64,000 nucleotides of DNA from Sedimentisphaerales bacterium (GTDB taxonomy: Bacteria > Planctomycetota > Phycisphaerae > Sedimentisphaerales > SM23-30). This document shows, in pieces, positions 1-9,894 of this stretch. Where the stretch lies: assembly GCA_963666285.1 (NCBI GenBank), contig OY762711.1. One strand, 5' to 3'. The position numbers and the translations under genes are program-made. The notes beneath the pieces were generated by a model, which was not told where the DNA came from, did no database searches, and saw nothing but the letters and a program-made list of their open reading frames with translations. Within the stretch, counting starts at the first letter, position 1; each line of letters opens with the position of its first letter.

Positions 1-692
1 TGGCTGTTGTTATTAGACTGAGTTCTGGCGACCATTAGTCCAATCTTCTTGATATCTATTTTGATACTGGATCGATGGATAATCTGCCATGCGAAAATTT
101 TAATGATAGATACCTGCTGTATGTCGAGAAGGAATAAGACTGCATACATTATCAGGTATTTAACACTATCTGTATAGGAAAAGGAGATATCGCTCCAGAT
201 AGATAGACCTATCATTAAAAGCCTGTAAATCCAGACAAAAATAATAATTGAAATTCTTTTTTTATTATAAAAGTTACTTATCACAGTTTTCAAAGATTGA
301 AGTGATCTTGTATTATGTTTTGTTAAATCTGATAAAACTGTATAAGGTAGGTAATGACAATAGTGGTCTAGTTTTGCAGCGTTTTGTTATTAAAAGTGTT
401 ACATTGAAGTGTAAAAGTTGTGCTGATAGGTTAAATTTTCTTTATTTTTAATGTTGCTATTATCATTTCCAGTTATCTGTTTTTGCTTCTGTATAAATCG
501 GGAATATTATTAGCGTCTGAGAGATTGCGGTGTGGAATGTATGTCTGATAAAGCTGATATAGGAGTTCTAATTATTTATTTTCCTCAAGTTGGTAATGAA
601 AATAGCTGAAAATGTGTAATAGATTGTGGGTTTATTTAAACAAAAATATACATATTATTCAAACTTACGCATCACTGGAGGAATTGAAAACA

Positions 693-3600
693 ATGTTTAA
701 AAGAATTTTACTATTAGTTATCGGAATATGTCTGGTAATTAGTTGTTCTGCAACTGCCGGAACTGTAGCATATTGGAATTTTGAAGAAGGCACTGCCGGG
801 TCAGCTGTCACTCATGGAGGTAATGCTGATGGTGTTTTTTATGCTGGGGCACTAGATGCCTCAGGAAATGGAAATGATCTATCAGTCTGGGCAGAAGGTT
901 GGGCAGGATTTGCTTATCGGTCTAATGCTGCAGCACCTCAGACGCCATTGACGGGTCAGCAGAATATGCTGAGCGTACAAAATTCCGGGTCTTATCCAGC
1001 GATGTTTACTAATGCTGAGTCTATTCGTACTATGGAACCGCTGGCATGGACTGTCGAGGTTGCGTTTATGCCGGAAAATGGTGGATGGCGTACAATTATC
1101 GGTCGTGATTCGAGAGGTTCAACAGATGAGAATAGCGATTTAGCGGCATTGTATTTACAGATTACTCCTGAAAATGCTTTGGCGATCAAATATTCAGATG
1201 TTTCCAGATACTGGCATGTGGCACAGACTGTTGACGGTTATATTAATGGTTGGGATTACCCCGACTCAAGTAGCGGACGATGGTATTATGCTGCGGCAGT
1301 TTGCGATGGCACAACCTTGTCACTTTATATTGCTGATGTTGAGGCTGGGACAGGTTATCAGCTGGCAGCTCAGACTGATGTGTCAGCTAGCGGCAGCTCT
1401 GATACATCGCTTGATAGCGGAGAGGGTACCGGTAGTGACTGGGTAGCCGGTAACTGGTCAGTAGGTCGCGGCTTATATGCCGGCGGACATGGTGACAGAG
1501 CGTTTGGTTTTATTGACGAAGTGCGTATTAGTGATTCAGCTTTAAGTCCTTCAGAATTTCTATATTCCGGTGGTTTACTTGTTGGTCCTGATGACCAGGC
1601 TGTTTTCGAAGAAGTTGAAGATGTTGCCAGTTTTACCGTGAATGCCATCTCAACTCCATATGGTGAGACATTAACTGAAGTTTTATGGTATAAAGATTCT
1701 CCAAGCCCTGATACACCTGTAGTAGCAGACGGAGTAAAATATGTAGTTACCCAGAGCGGAAATCAGTCTGTACTGGATATATATGATGTTACCAGTTCTG
1801 ATGTTGCCAATTACTATGCAGTGGCAGTATTTAGTGATAACTCATCAGTGTTGTCAACAGATACAGCAACTTTGTCATTTAGTAATGGATTGGTACACAG
1901 GTATAGTTTCTCGGGCGACCTGACAGATTCCATAGGGGGTGCTGATGGTATATTGAATGACCCTAACTATTATGCTTCATTTACAGAAAATAGTACCCAG
2001 CTGCTTATGGATAACCCAGAAATGTATCCGCTGGATGATCCAAATAATTATGCGTTTGTCGATTTACCGGATGGGTTGATTTCTTCATTAGGGAATTATG
2101 CGACATTAGAGCTTTGGATGACACCTTACAGTAATCAGGACTGGACACCTATAATGGCTTTCGGTCAGCGTAATGCAGATATCTTTACCGGAGCAGCTAC
2201 GGGTATCTTTACACAGATGAATAGATCAACCGGTTCGGAAGGTCCGTCATTTGCATCCCGTCTGAATGACTACCAGGTTTCACTGACCTCTTCTCCTGCA
2301 TTGACACTTGGCGAAGAAGTTATGCTGACTGTAGTTTGGAATGGTAATGATAATGAAATGGAACTTTACCGTAATGGTGAACTTGTCAGTTCCAGTGATT
2401 TAATTATGAAGTTATCTGATTTGAATGATGTTGACAACTGGCTGGGATTAGGCTATTGGAATGACTCGCTGCTGAACTGGAGGGTTAATGAGTTTAGAAT
2501 CTATGATTTCCCATTACCAAATTATTATATTAGTGCTCATTATCAGGCTGGTCCGGATACTACCGAGGTAGAACTTCGTCCGAGTGTATCTACGCCGGAT
2601 GATATTGCGGTTTATCCATCATTAAGAAATGATGATGAAGATTCAGCTGCCTTTACCGCGGAAATATATGATATTCCTGCCGGGGCAACTGTTGCCGGTG
2701 TAGACTGGTATATGGATCCTGACCCGGCTGCGTCAGGAGATGAAGTAGGGCCTCTCGCAAGCGGAGCAAAATATGCTATAAGCTTTACCCAGGCAGATAC
2801 AACACTTGTGATAAATGATGTTGATGCTGCAGATGAAGGTTACTATTATGTAGTGGCAAATATCAGTACCGGTGCATATGGAGTATCTGGCAGTGGTAAG
2901 CTGGTTGTAAGTGAAGGCCTTGTCCATCGCTGGAGCTTTAGCGGCAACCTGGCAGATTCTGTCAGTGGAGCAGATGGTACTTTACATGATCCTGATGGTT
3001 TGGTAAGTTATGTAGATGGCAGCAGTCAGCTTCTGTTGGATAATAACCATACCAGGCCTAATAGTGATCCGAATGCAGCATATGTTCTATTGCCGGCTGG
3101 TATTATCTCGGCTCTTGGCGATGATATGACAATTGAGATGTGGGTCACTCCACACCGCAAGACCTCTCCTACCGTTTGGGTAAATATGTTTGCCTTTGGC
3201 CAGGATGCAGATGGCGATCCAACAGACTTTACCGGCGGTGCAGGTATAATTGGTACATTGCAGTCAGGAGATCGTGATGCACCTGTATTTACTTATGAGC
3301 CGGAATCTGGAACAGCTCAGCGATTCCAGGTTGATAGTTCTGTTGATATAGACAAAGAGTTCCTGTTTGCTATTTCATGGGATGGCAATAACAATACGGC
3401 ATCTCTGTATATTATTGATGATAACGGAGTGCAGGTTGCTACAGATACTATTTCAGGAGATCTTTCGGCGATTATTGACGAGGTTAATTACATTGGTGCT
3501 AACTGGTGGAATGACTATGTGTTGAATGCCAGTATCAATGAAATGCGTATCTACGATTGGGCATTTGAATGGCCATGGGTAGAAGCTCATTATCTTGCCG

Positions 3601-3740
3601 GTCCTGACGAACTTAATGTCAACCCGTGTCTGGCATATCCAACACTTGACCTGGATGGTGATTGTCAGGTATCGCTAACGGATCTCGCAATATTCATCTC
3701 GCAATGGCTTGACTGCGGAAGACTTGATCCGTGTGAATAA
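693..3740 (+). CDS. Large secreted protein with three LamG/concanavalin A-like domains, two Ig-like domains and a C-terminal dockerin-like motif
   Basis: GGAGGA RBS before ATG 693; signal peptide MFKRILLLVIGICLVISCSATA; LamG-like motifs VAYWNFEEG, GLVHRYSFSG, GLVHRWSFSG, IDEVRIS, NEFRIYD, NEMRIYD; C-terminal DLDGDCQVSLTDLAIFISQWLDC. Confidence 0.8.
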   Translation: MFKRILLLVIGICLVISCSATAGTVAYWNFEEGTAGSAVTHGGNADGVFYAGALDASGNGNDLSVWAEGWAGFAYRSNAAAPQTPLTGQQNMLSVQNSGSYPAMFTNAESIRTMEPLAWTVEVAFMPENGGWRTIIGRDSRGSTDENSDLAALYLQITPENALAIKYSDVSRYWHVAQTVDGYINGWDYPDSSSGRWYYAAAVCDGTTLSLYIADVEAGTGYQLAAQTDVSASGSSDTSLDSGEGTGSDWVAGNWSVGRGLYAGGHGDRAFGFIDEVRISDSALSPSEFLYSGGLLVGPDDQAVFEEVEDVASFTVNAISTPYGETLTEVLWYKDSPSPDTPVVADGVKYVVTQSGNQSVLDIYDVTSSDVANYYAVAVFSDNSSVLSTDTATLSFSNGLVHRYSFSGDLTDSIGGADGILNDPNYYASFTENSTQLLMDNPEMYPLDDPNNYAFVDLPDGLISSLGNYATLELWMTPYSNQDWTPIMAFGQRNADIFTGAATGIFTQMNRSTGSEGPSFASRLNDYQVSLTSSPALTLGEEVMLTVVWNGNDNEMELYRNGELVSSSDLIMKLSDLNDVDNWLGLGYWNDSLLNWRVNEFRIYDFPLPNYYISAHYQAGPDTTEVELRPSVSTPDDIAVYPSLRNDDEDSAAFTAEIYDIPAGATVAGVDWYMDPDPAASGDEVGPLASGAKYAISFTQADTTLVINDVDAADEGYYYVVANISTGAYGVSGSGKLVVSEGLVHRWSFSGNLADSVSGADGTLHDPDGLVSYVDGSSQLLLDNNHTRPNSDPNAAYVLLPAGIISALGDDMTIEMWVTPHRKTSPTVWVNMFAFGQDADGDPTDFTGGAGIIGTLQSGDRDAPVFTYEPESGTAQRFQVDSSVDIDKEFLFAISWDGNNNTASLYIIDDNGVQVATDTISGDLSAIIDEVNYIGANWWNDYVLNASINEMRIYDWAFEWPWVEAHYLAGPDELNVNPCLAYPTLDLDGDCQVSLTDLAIFISQWLDCGRLDPCE

Positions 3741-3770
3741 GCTATTTGATTACAATTAAGTTATATAGTA

Positions 3771-3804
3771 AAGGGCGATCCAATTGGGTCGCCCTTATTT
3801 TTTT
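3771..3804 (+). terminator. Intrinsic terminator after the LamG gene
   Basis: AAGGGCGATCC-AATT-GGGTCGCCCTT stem followed by ATTTTTTT. Confidence 0.75.
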
Positions 3805-3810
3805 AGTTGT

Positions 3811-3842
3811 AAATAAAAGGACGAATCGTAAGAATCGTCCTT
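3811..3842 (-). terminator. Intrinsic terminator after hom
   Basis: AAGGACGA...TCGTCCTT stem; minus strand continues into a T-rich tract. Confidence 0.6.
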
Positions 3843-3861
3843 GGGGAATATATAGCATATG

Positions 3862-5169
3862 TTATTCATCCGTTGGAGGGGTGACAACCGGTATGCATAC
3901 CGGGCTTCCGTTTATGGTATCCAACGCTGTAATTTCCTTTATTGCATTATCCATATTGCCTTGCTGAGCCATATCTGTCATGATGATTACAGGCACAAAG
4001 TCATGAGAACCGTGGACTTCCTGCTGAAGCATGCTCTGTATACTGATCTTATGACGGCCAAGAATTTCGGTCAGCTGGGCCATTACGCCGGCTCTGTCAG
4101 CGGCATTAATTCTCAGGTAGAACCTGCTGTATCTTTCCTCGGCAGGGCATAGTATTGCCGGCTCGGCATCTTTCCCCAGTCCTGCAGTTGTCTTAAATAT
4201 ACTGGCGGCATTACCGCGAGCAACATCAATCAAGTCTGCTACAACTGCACTGGCAGTAGGCATCATACCGGCTCCACGCCCCAGGTAAAGAGTGTGGCCG
4301 ACAGCATCACCAAAGATACTTACAGCATTAAACGGTCCGGATACTCTGGCAAGAGGTTCGTCATCATTAATGAATGCCATTTTAACCTGTATGGAAATGC
4401 CGTTTTCAGTTTTGTCGGCAATAGCCAGAAGTTTCATTGCATAGCCAAGTTTCTGACCGTAGATGATATCCTGAAGGTCTACTGACTCGATACCGCTGAA
4501 GGTAATGTCGTCATACACGATAGTGCTGCCAAAGGCGAGCATTGCCAGGATCGCAATTTTATGCGTACTATCTGCTCCATTGACATCCAGGGTCGGGTCG
4601 GCTTCTGCAAATCCTGCGGCCTGTGCTTCTTTTAATGCAGTGGCATAATCCTTGCCATGTTCGGTCATACTGCTCAGGATATAATTGCATGTTCCATTTA
4701 GTATTCCAAGCAGTGATGTAATGTTATTTGCGGCCAGTCCGGTATTGATTGAAGAAATAAGCGGGATACCACCGCAGCAGCTGGCTTCAAATGCAACTGT
4801 CTTTCCATTTTCTCTTGCCGCTGCAAATATTTCGTTACCTCGTTCTGCGAGAAGAGCTTTATTGGCGGTAACTACATTTTTGCCTGAAGCTATAATCTGC
4901 TTTTGAATATCGGCAGAAAAAGTCGTTCCTCCAACAAGGACCGCAACGGTATCGATTTCCGGGTTATTCAAAACTTTGTCCAAGTCGTCGTGCAGCAGCC
5001 CGGCAGGGATGCTTACACCTCGGTCACGGGTAATGTCTTTATCTATTATGTCAGTAATTTCGAACTCAATACCGGTACGTTTGGCAATAGAGTCTTTTTG
5101 TTCAAGTAATATTTTGGCAACGCCGGAACCGACTATGCCAAAGCCGACTATTGCAACTTTTGATTTCAT
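3862..5169 (-). CDS. hom: Homoserine dehydrogenase with C-terminal ACT domain
   Basis: GFGIVGSG Rossmann motif, VVTANKA, FEAS..GGIP, GILNGTCNYIL, GFAEADPTLDVNG.D...K, GRGAGMMPTASAV; ACT motif DRAGVMAQLTEILG. Confidence 0.95.
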   Translation of the reverse strand: MKSKVAIVGFGIVGSGVAKILLEQKDSIAKRTGIEFEITDIIDKDITRDRGVSIPAGLLHDDLDKVLNNPEIDTVAVLVGGTTFSADIQKQIIASGKNVVTANKALLAERGNEIFAAARENGKTVAFEASCCGGIPLISSINTGLAANNITSLLGILNGTCNYILSSMTEHGKDYATALKEAQAAGFAEADPTLDVNGADSTHKIAILAMLAFGSTIVYDDITFSGIESVDLQDIIYGQKLGYAMKLLAIADKTENGISIQVKMAFINDDEPLARVSGPFNAVSIFGDAVGHTLYLGRGAGMMPTASAVVADLIDVARGNAASIFKTTAGLGKDAEPAILCPAEERYSRFYLRINAADRAGVMAQLTEILGRHKISIQSMLQQEVHGSHDFVPVIIMTDMAQQGNMDNAIKEITALDTINGSPVCIPVVTPPTDE

Positions 5170-5283
5170 GATTGTTCCTTATTGTTTTATTCGATATCAG
5201 ATAAAAAACATTAGCTGTTTTATATCTGATCAAGTTTTAAATATGTTAATTATTATTCTGGCAAGGGCTGCCAGATAATTTAT

Positions 5284-6255
5284 TTAGGCATTCCAGCAGG
5301 CAGCCAGGTGTTCGGTGCCGCCTTTATTTTCCAGTGGTGGGATTTCCTTTTTGCACTGGTCTGTACAGTAAGAGCACCTTGGGTGGAAAGGACATCCTGA
5401 AGGCGGGTTAACCGGGCTTGGTACTTCACCTTCTAATTTTATTCGCTGATACTTCCTCTCCGGATCTGGTAAAGGTATCGCCGATAGAAGTGCCTTGGTA
5501 TAAGGGTGTTTCGGATCGGCGTAAAGCTGTTTGGAGCTGGCATACTCAACTATTTTGCCAAGGTACATAACCGCGACATGATCACTGATATGCTCAACGA
5601 CCGCCAAGTCATGAGCGATGAAAAGGTATGTCAGGTTGTACTCTGCCTGGAGATCCTGAAGCAGGTTGATAATCTGCGACTGGATCGATACGTCAAGTGC
5701 ACTTACCGGTTCATCACATACGATGAACTTTGGATTTAATGCCAGGGATCGAGCTATTCCAATCCGCTGTCTTTGACCGCCGGAAAATTCATGTGGGTAT
5801 CGTGTAGAGTATGACGGCTGCAGTCCGACTTTATCGAGCAGCTCGTCGACCATCTCCTTCTTTTTCTTACCACGTGCTATCCCATGAACGCCGATAGCTT
5901 CGCCTATGATGGAACCAACAGTCATTCGCGGGTTAAGCGAGCCAAATGGATCCTGGAAAATGATTTGCATATCTCTGCGTATTTTTCGCATCTGAGCTTT
6001 CGGCAGACCAAAAACATTTTTCCCGTCAAAAGTAACTTTTCCGGAGGTTGCCGGGATCAGCTTTAGCAGACTTCTGCCCACAGTTGTTTTACCGCAACCG
6101 CTTTCACCAACAAGCCCGAGAGTTTTTCCTTGTTCTATACTGAAGCTCACTCCATCAACAGCTTTCAGCCATGCGTTTGGTTTACCGAACATGCTTTTCT
6201 GTACTGGAAAATGAGTTTTCAGGTTTTCTACATTTATTAAATTGATGCGAGCCAT
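5284..6255 (-). CDS. Oligopeptide/dipeptide ABC transporter ATP-binding subunit (OppF/AppF-like)
   Basis: Walker A GESGCGKT, FSGGQRQR signature, CDEPVSALDVS, C-terminal PSGCPFHPRC. Confidence 0.93.
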   Translation of the reverse strand: MARINLINVENLKTHFPVQKSMFGKPNAWLKAVDGVSFSIEQGKTLGLVGESGCGKTTVGRSLLKLIPATSGKVTFDGKNVFGLPKAQMRKIRRDMQIIFQDPFGSLNPRMTVGSIIGEAIGVHGIARGKKKKEMVDELLDKVGLQPSYSTRYPHEFSGGQRQRIGIARSLALNPKFIVCDEPVSALDVSIQSQIINLLQDLQAEYNLTYLFIAHDLAVVEHISDHVAVMYLGKIVEYASSKQLYADPKHPYTKALLSAIPLPDPERKYQRIKLEGEVPSPVNPPSGCPFHPRCSYCTDQCKKEIPPLENKGGTEHLAACWNA

Positions 6256-6620
6256 AGTTTTTCACTTTTCAATAATAGTGCTCATAATTGATACTTTTTC
6301 CTAAAGCGATAATTTTAGCAGAGTTACATAGACTGGGCAAGCGAAAAGACTTACATAATATGCTTTCAAGGAAGAGATAAAGCCTTTGTTATCCGAATTT
6401 TGATTCCGGATACTTAATTATTTAGAGAAATTGTTTTATTATGCGATTTACATGATAGAAGTGCTTTTATTTGGAATTATAGCATTTATATGCTAATATT
6501 ATGTATCTATGCCTTTGTTGACAAACGACTTAAGAAGTTTTCAAGCTAGACTATTGTTTAATTTTATATGACTATAGTGCAATAATTTGCAATGTTTTAA
6601 CTTTAACTCAGGATTTAATA

Positions 6621-7628
6621 ATGATAATCAGAACAAAATCTTACCCTCGTGCAGGCTTTATTGGTAACCCTTCTGACGGATATTATGGAAAGACAATTTC
6701 TTTTGCTTTCAGTAATTTTTGCGCAGAGGTGGTTTTGTATGAGTCTCCCGAACTGGAAATTCTTCCCTGCCAGAAAGATCAGTCCCTGTTTAGCAGTATT
6801 CATGCCCTGGTAAATGATGTTGAATTGCATGGTTATTATGGTGGCATTCGCTTGCTAAAGGCTACTATTAAGCGATTTTATGATTATTGTCGAGAAAATG
6901 ATATCGAATTGAACGATAAGAATTTTACCATACGTTACAAATCAAATATACCTCATGGTGTCGGCTTAGCCGGTTCAAGTGCTATTATTACAGCTTGTAT
7001 GCGAGCTTTAATGGCATTTTTTGGTGTGACGATACCTAAGCCGGTACAGGCCGGGTTGATTCTTTCTGCCGAAAAAGATGAACTTCATATTGGTGCGGGC
7101 CTGCAGGACAGGGTCATCCAAGTATACGAAGGTATGGTATATATGGATTTTGCACAAGAGTTAATGGAAAAACAGGGTTATGGTAATTATGTGTCACTTG
7201 ACTATAAAAAATTGCCACCTGTCTATGTTGCATTTAAAGAAGACCTTAGCGAAGTTTCAGATGTATTTCATAATAATATCCGCGAGCGATTCGACAGAAA
7301 AGAAAAACTTGTAGTTGATGCTATGAAATATTGGGCTGATATTACAGATAAAGTATGTGAAGCTCTTGAAAATGGTAAAGCTGATAAAGTTGGGGCTCTG
7401 ATTGACGCGAATTTTGATATGAGAAAGAAACTGTATAAAATAAGTTCTTCTAATCTTGAAATGGTTGAAACTGCCAGGAAATGTGGCTGTAGTGCCAAGT
7501 TTACCGGGTCAGGTGGTGCTATTGTTGGTACATATACCGATCAGCGAATGTTTGAAAAACTTAAAAAGAATATGAAAAAGATTGGCGTTGTGGTAATTAA
7601 GCCAAAGATTGTAGCACCTAAAAAGTAG
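6621..7628 (+). CDS. GHMP-family sugar kinase, glucuronokinase-like
   Basis: GNPSDGYYG, GYYGGIRLL, IPHGVGLAGSSA (GHMP P-loop), AGLQDRV, AKFTGSGGA. Confidence 0.85.
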   Translation: MIIRTKSYPRAGFIGNPSDGYYGKTISFAFSNFCAEVVLYESPELEILPCQKDQSLFSSIHALVNDVELHGYYGGIRLLKATIKRFYDYCRENDIELNDKNFTIRYKSNIPHGVGLAGSSAIITACMRALMAFFGVTIPKPVQAGLILSAEKDELHIGAGLQDRVIQVYEGMVYMDFAQELMEKQGYGNYVSLDYKKLPPVYVAFKEDLSEVSDVFHNNIRERFDRKEKLVVDAMKYWADITDKVCEALENGKADKVGALIDANFDMRKKLYKISSSNLEMVETARKCGCSAKFTGSGGAIVGTYTDQRMFEKLKKNMKKIGVVVIKPKIVAPKK

Positions 7629-7640
7629 GTTCATTTTGTG

Positions 7641-8849
7641 CTATATTTTAAGAGTCAATTTATAGATGTTAATCAATTTTTCTACCATGTCGGAGGCCAG
7701 ATAGTGCTTTTTTATAAATTGCTGGCAGCTAATAGCAAGTTCTCTTGCATATTCCCTGTTCTCAATTAATGTTTTAATTTTTTCGGCTAGATCTTCTGGA
7801 TTATGTATTTCTGCCGTTAATGCTGTCTTGCCGTTAACAATAAGATTATTCTCTGATGTGCCTACTGTAACTACGGCATTACCCGAACTCATAGCTTCAA
7901 GCAATTCCGGGTGCCATATTCTTGCAGGTCTGCATTGGACATAGATATCGCTCATGCGGAAGACCTTTCGAAACGCTTCATTATCAAGGACTATATGGTC
8001 TATTGGATCCGTAAAATGTACGTTTTTTGTTAATTCCAGGCTTGATACCATCTTGCGAAATTCAAACTCTGCTTTTCCTTCACCTGATATCATCAGTTGA
8101 AAGTCTAATTTGGAATCTTTCAGGATCTTTGCGGCTTTAATAAGCTCTGGCAGCCCCATATTTTTTTCGAAAGGACAACAGCAGAAAATCTGAGGCCATC
8201 TTTCTTTAAAATCGTAGCAGCTGACAGAATCGGTGGTATGAGTTCCGATTTCAACAAGACGTATTTTGTTTGCTTGTTGAGGATATTTTTGTCGCAGATC
8301 TCTGGCTACATGGCTGTAGCAAGGCATCAGGTGGCTGCATTTATTCTCTCTTATGTTAAGGTGGGAATGATTTTCTGACAAAAGTGACACAATATATGGG
8401 ATATCCAGCATTTTTGCTAATTCGGCAGCAAGTTTTTCCATTCTTTCACTCAAAGCGTGAATTAATGTAATTTTGTTGTCGGTTAGCTCTGCTGCCAGTC
8501 TTTCATTTTTCCTTGCCGGCTTTAGGAGTTCTGCCAAGTTAATCCTGGGAGTATATAAGGTGACCTGGTTTGCATTTTTAACTCTTACCGGAGTTGTTTC
8601 ATAAAGGCTTGAAATATCAGAGATTATGTTAATTGGAGGTGATGGGACAAAGTTAAGTACTCTGCTTCTTCCTCGACATATCAGGGCAAGATAGGCTACT
8701 TCATCAAACAAGCCAACGGTCAGTCTGCGCAATACAGGACCATATTGACGCAATGTCACATCGTCTGCCAGTAATGCTACTCTCATTGCCGGTGGTTCCA
8801 ATAATGGTTTGGAAATATCTAATTTTTCAGCTTCAGCTACCTGGTTCAT
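7641..8849 (-). CDS. Glycosyltransferase family 4 (GT-B fold)-like protein
   Basis: C-terminal GT4-like segment ISGEG, LLEAMSSGNAVV, IVNGKTAL, LAEKIKTLI. Confidence 0.7.
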   Translation of the reverse strand: MNQVAEAEKLDISKPLLEPPAMRVALLADDVTLRQYGPVLRRLTVGLFDEVAYLALICRGRSRVLNFVPSPPINIISDISSLYETTPVRVKNANQVTLYTPRINLAELLKPARKNERLAAELTDNKITLIHALSERMEKLAAELAKMLDIPYIVSLLSENHSHLNIRENKCSHLMPCYSHVARDLRQKYPQQANKIRLVEIGTHTTDSVSCYDFKERWPQIFCCCPFEKNMGLPELIKAAKILKDSKLDFQLMISGEGKAEFEFRKMVSSLELTKNVHFTDPIDHIVLDNEAFRKVFRMSDIYVQCRPARIWHPELLEAMSSGNAVVTVGTSENNLIVNGKTALTAEIHNPEDLAEKIKTLIENREYARELAISCQQFIKKHYLASDMVEKLINIYKLTLKI

Positions 8850-8878
8850 TTATTTCGTTATTATGTAAAATAATATCT

Positions 8879-8908
8879 TTGACAACTGGAAATATTAATA
8901 ATTATAGT
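8879..8908 (+). promoter_or_regulatory. Putative sigma70 promoter for the response regulator gene
   Basis: TTGACA-18 nt-TATAGT. Confidence 0.4.
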
Positions 8909-9029
8909 CTATTATATAAATGTAGCTTGTTTTTGGGTAAAAGTAAACATTTACTTGGCCAAAAATAATCCATTATGTTTTACCTCTTTTTTGGAATTTT
9001 TGGCCGACACGGAAATGAAGGGAGCTATC

Positions 9030-9497
9030 ATGGAAAAGGACGGTCTGTCTGAGGGAAAGTATAAACTAAAATACAAGCATGAAGAAGTTTCTATGGAGAA
9101 AAAAGAAAGTAAGATTAATTTGGGGAAAATTAGCGAAAGAGCGATTCTTATTGCCGAGGATAACAGGCAGAACCAAAGAGTTATTCAGATTCTGATTAAT
9201 CAAAAATATCCTTTATTAGAACTGTTTTTCGTTTCCAATGGGAAAGAATTGTTAGAGGAAATGGATCAGCAGGAATATGATCTGATTCTTCTGGATATTG
9301 GTATGCCTGTTATGGATGGATATCAGGCAGTGCGAAAAATCAGGGAGAATGGGTCAGACATTCCTGTAGTGGCATTAACTGCAAATGCTATGGGAGAAGA
9401 TGAACAAAAGTGTCTGGAAGCAGGATGTGATGGGTATATTTCCAAACCTATTGATGTCAAGAAACTTCATTCTGTGATTGATAGATATCTTGCTTAA
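9030..9497 (+). CDS. Stand-alone response regulator receiver protein (start uncertain: 8955/9015/9030/9093)
   Basis: ILIAEDN, LILLDIGMPVMDG, VALTANA, YISKP; GGAG precedes ATG 9030. Confidence 0.85.
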   Translation: MEKDGLSEGKYKLKYKHEEVSMEKKESKINLGKISERAILIAEDNRQNQRVIQILINQKYPLLELFFVSNGKELLEEMDQQEYDLILLDIGMPVMDGYQAVRKIRENGSDIPVVALTANAMGEDEQKCLEAGCDGYISKPIDVKKLHSVIDRYLA

Positions 9498-9894
9498 CAT
9501 CTTCTACAACTTATCCCCAATCTTGTTTTCAGCCTTTCTTCAGAGTGCATTGTTTGATATTAATGTCTGATATTTTCTCAGTTCATTGCTTATTCAATGG
9601 TCCCATAACTCTGTTGTGTGTATCTCCGCGTTAATTATTTTTCTTTGCCTTAAGGTTATTATTATACCCAAAATCTCGTTTATCAGTGTGGTAAGAATGT
9701 ATTTTTTCGGACCTGGCACAAAAAACAATATTATTACATAATTTGTGTATATCACTTGATTTGTAGTGTTAAGTTGTAATTGAATCGATTCGATGTATTA
9801 CTTCAGGTGAAAAAGAGTTTTTTACCACAATCGTATATTTTGGAAATATATGGGGAAGCACCTGAATAGGTGATATATTTGAAGGTAGATTATT

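Noticed and set aside
1..451. Short ORFs at the window start, including 248-451
   Set aside because: AT-rich, no recognisable motifs or RBS; cannot be supported as genes
9765..9800. Possible sigma28 promoter upstream of cheD (TAAG-N15-TTCGATGT)
   Set aside because: Too far from the TAAA-N15-GCCGATAA consensus to call
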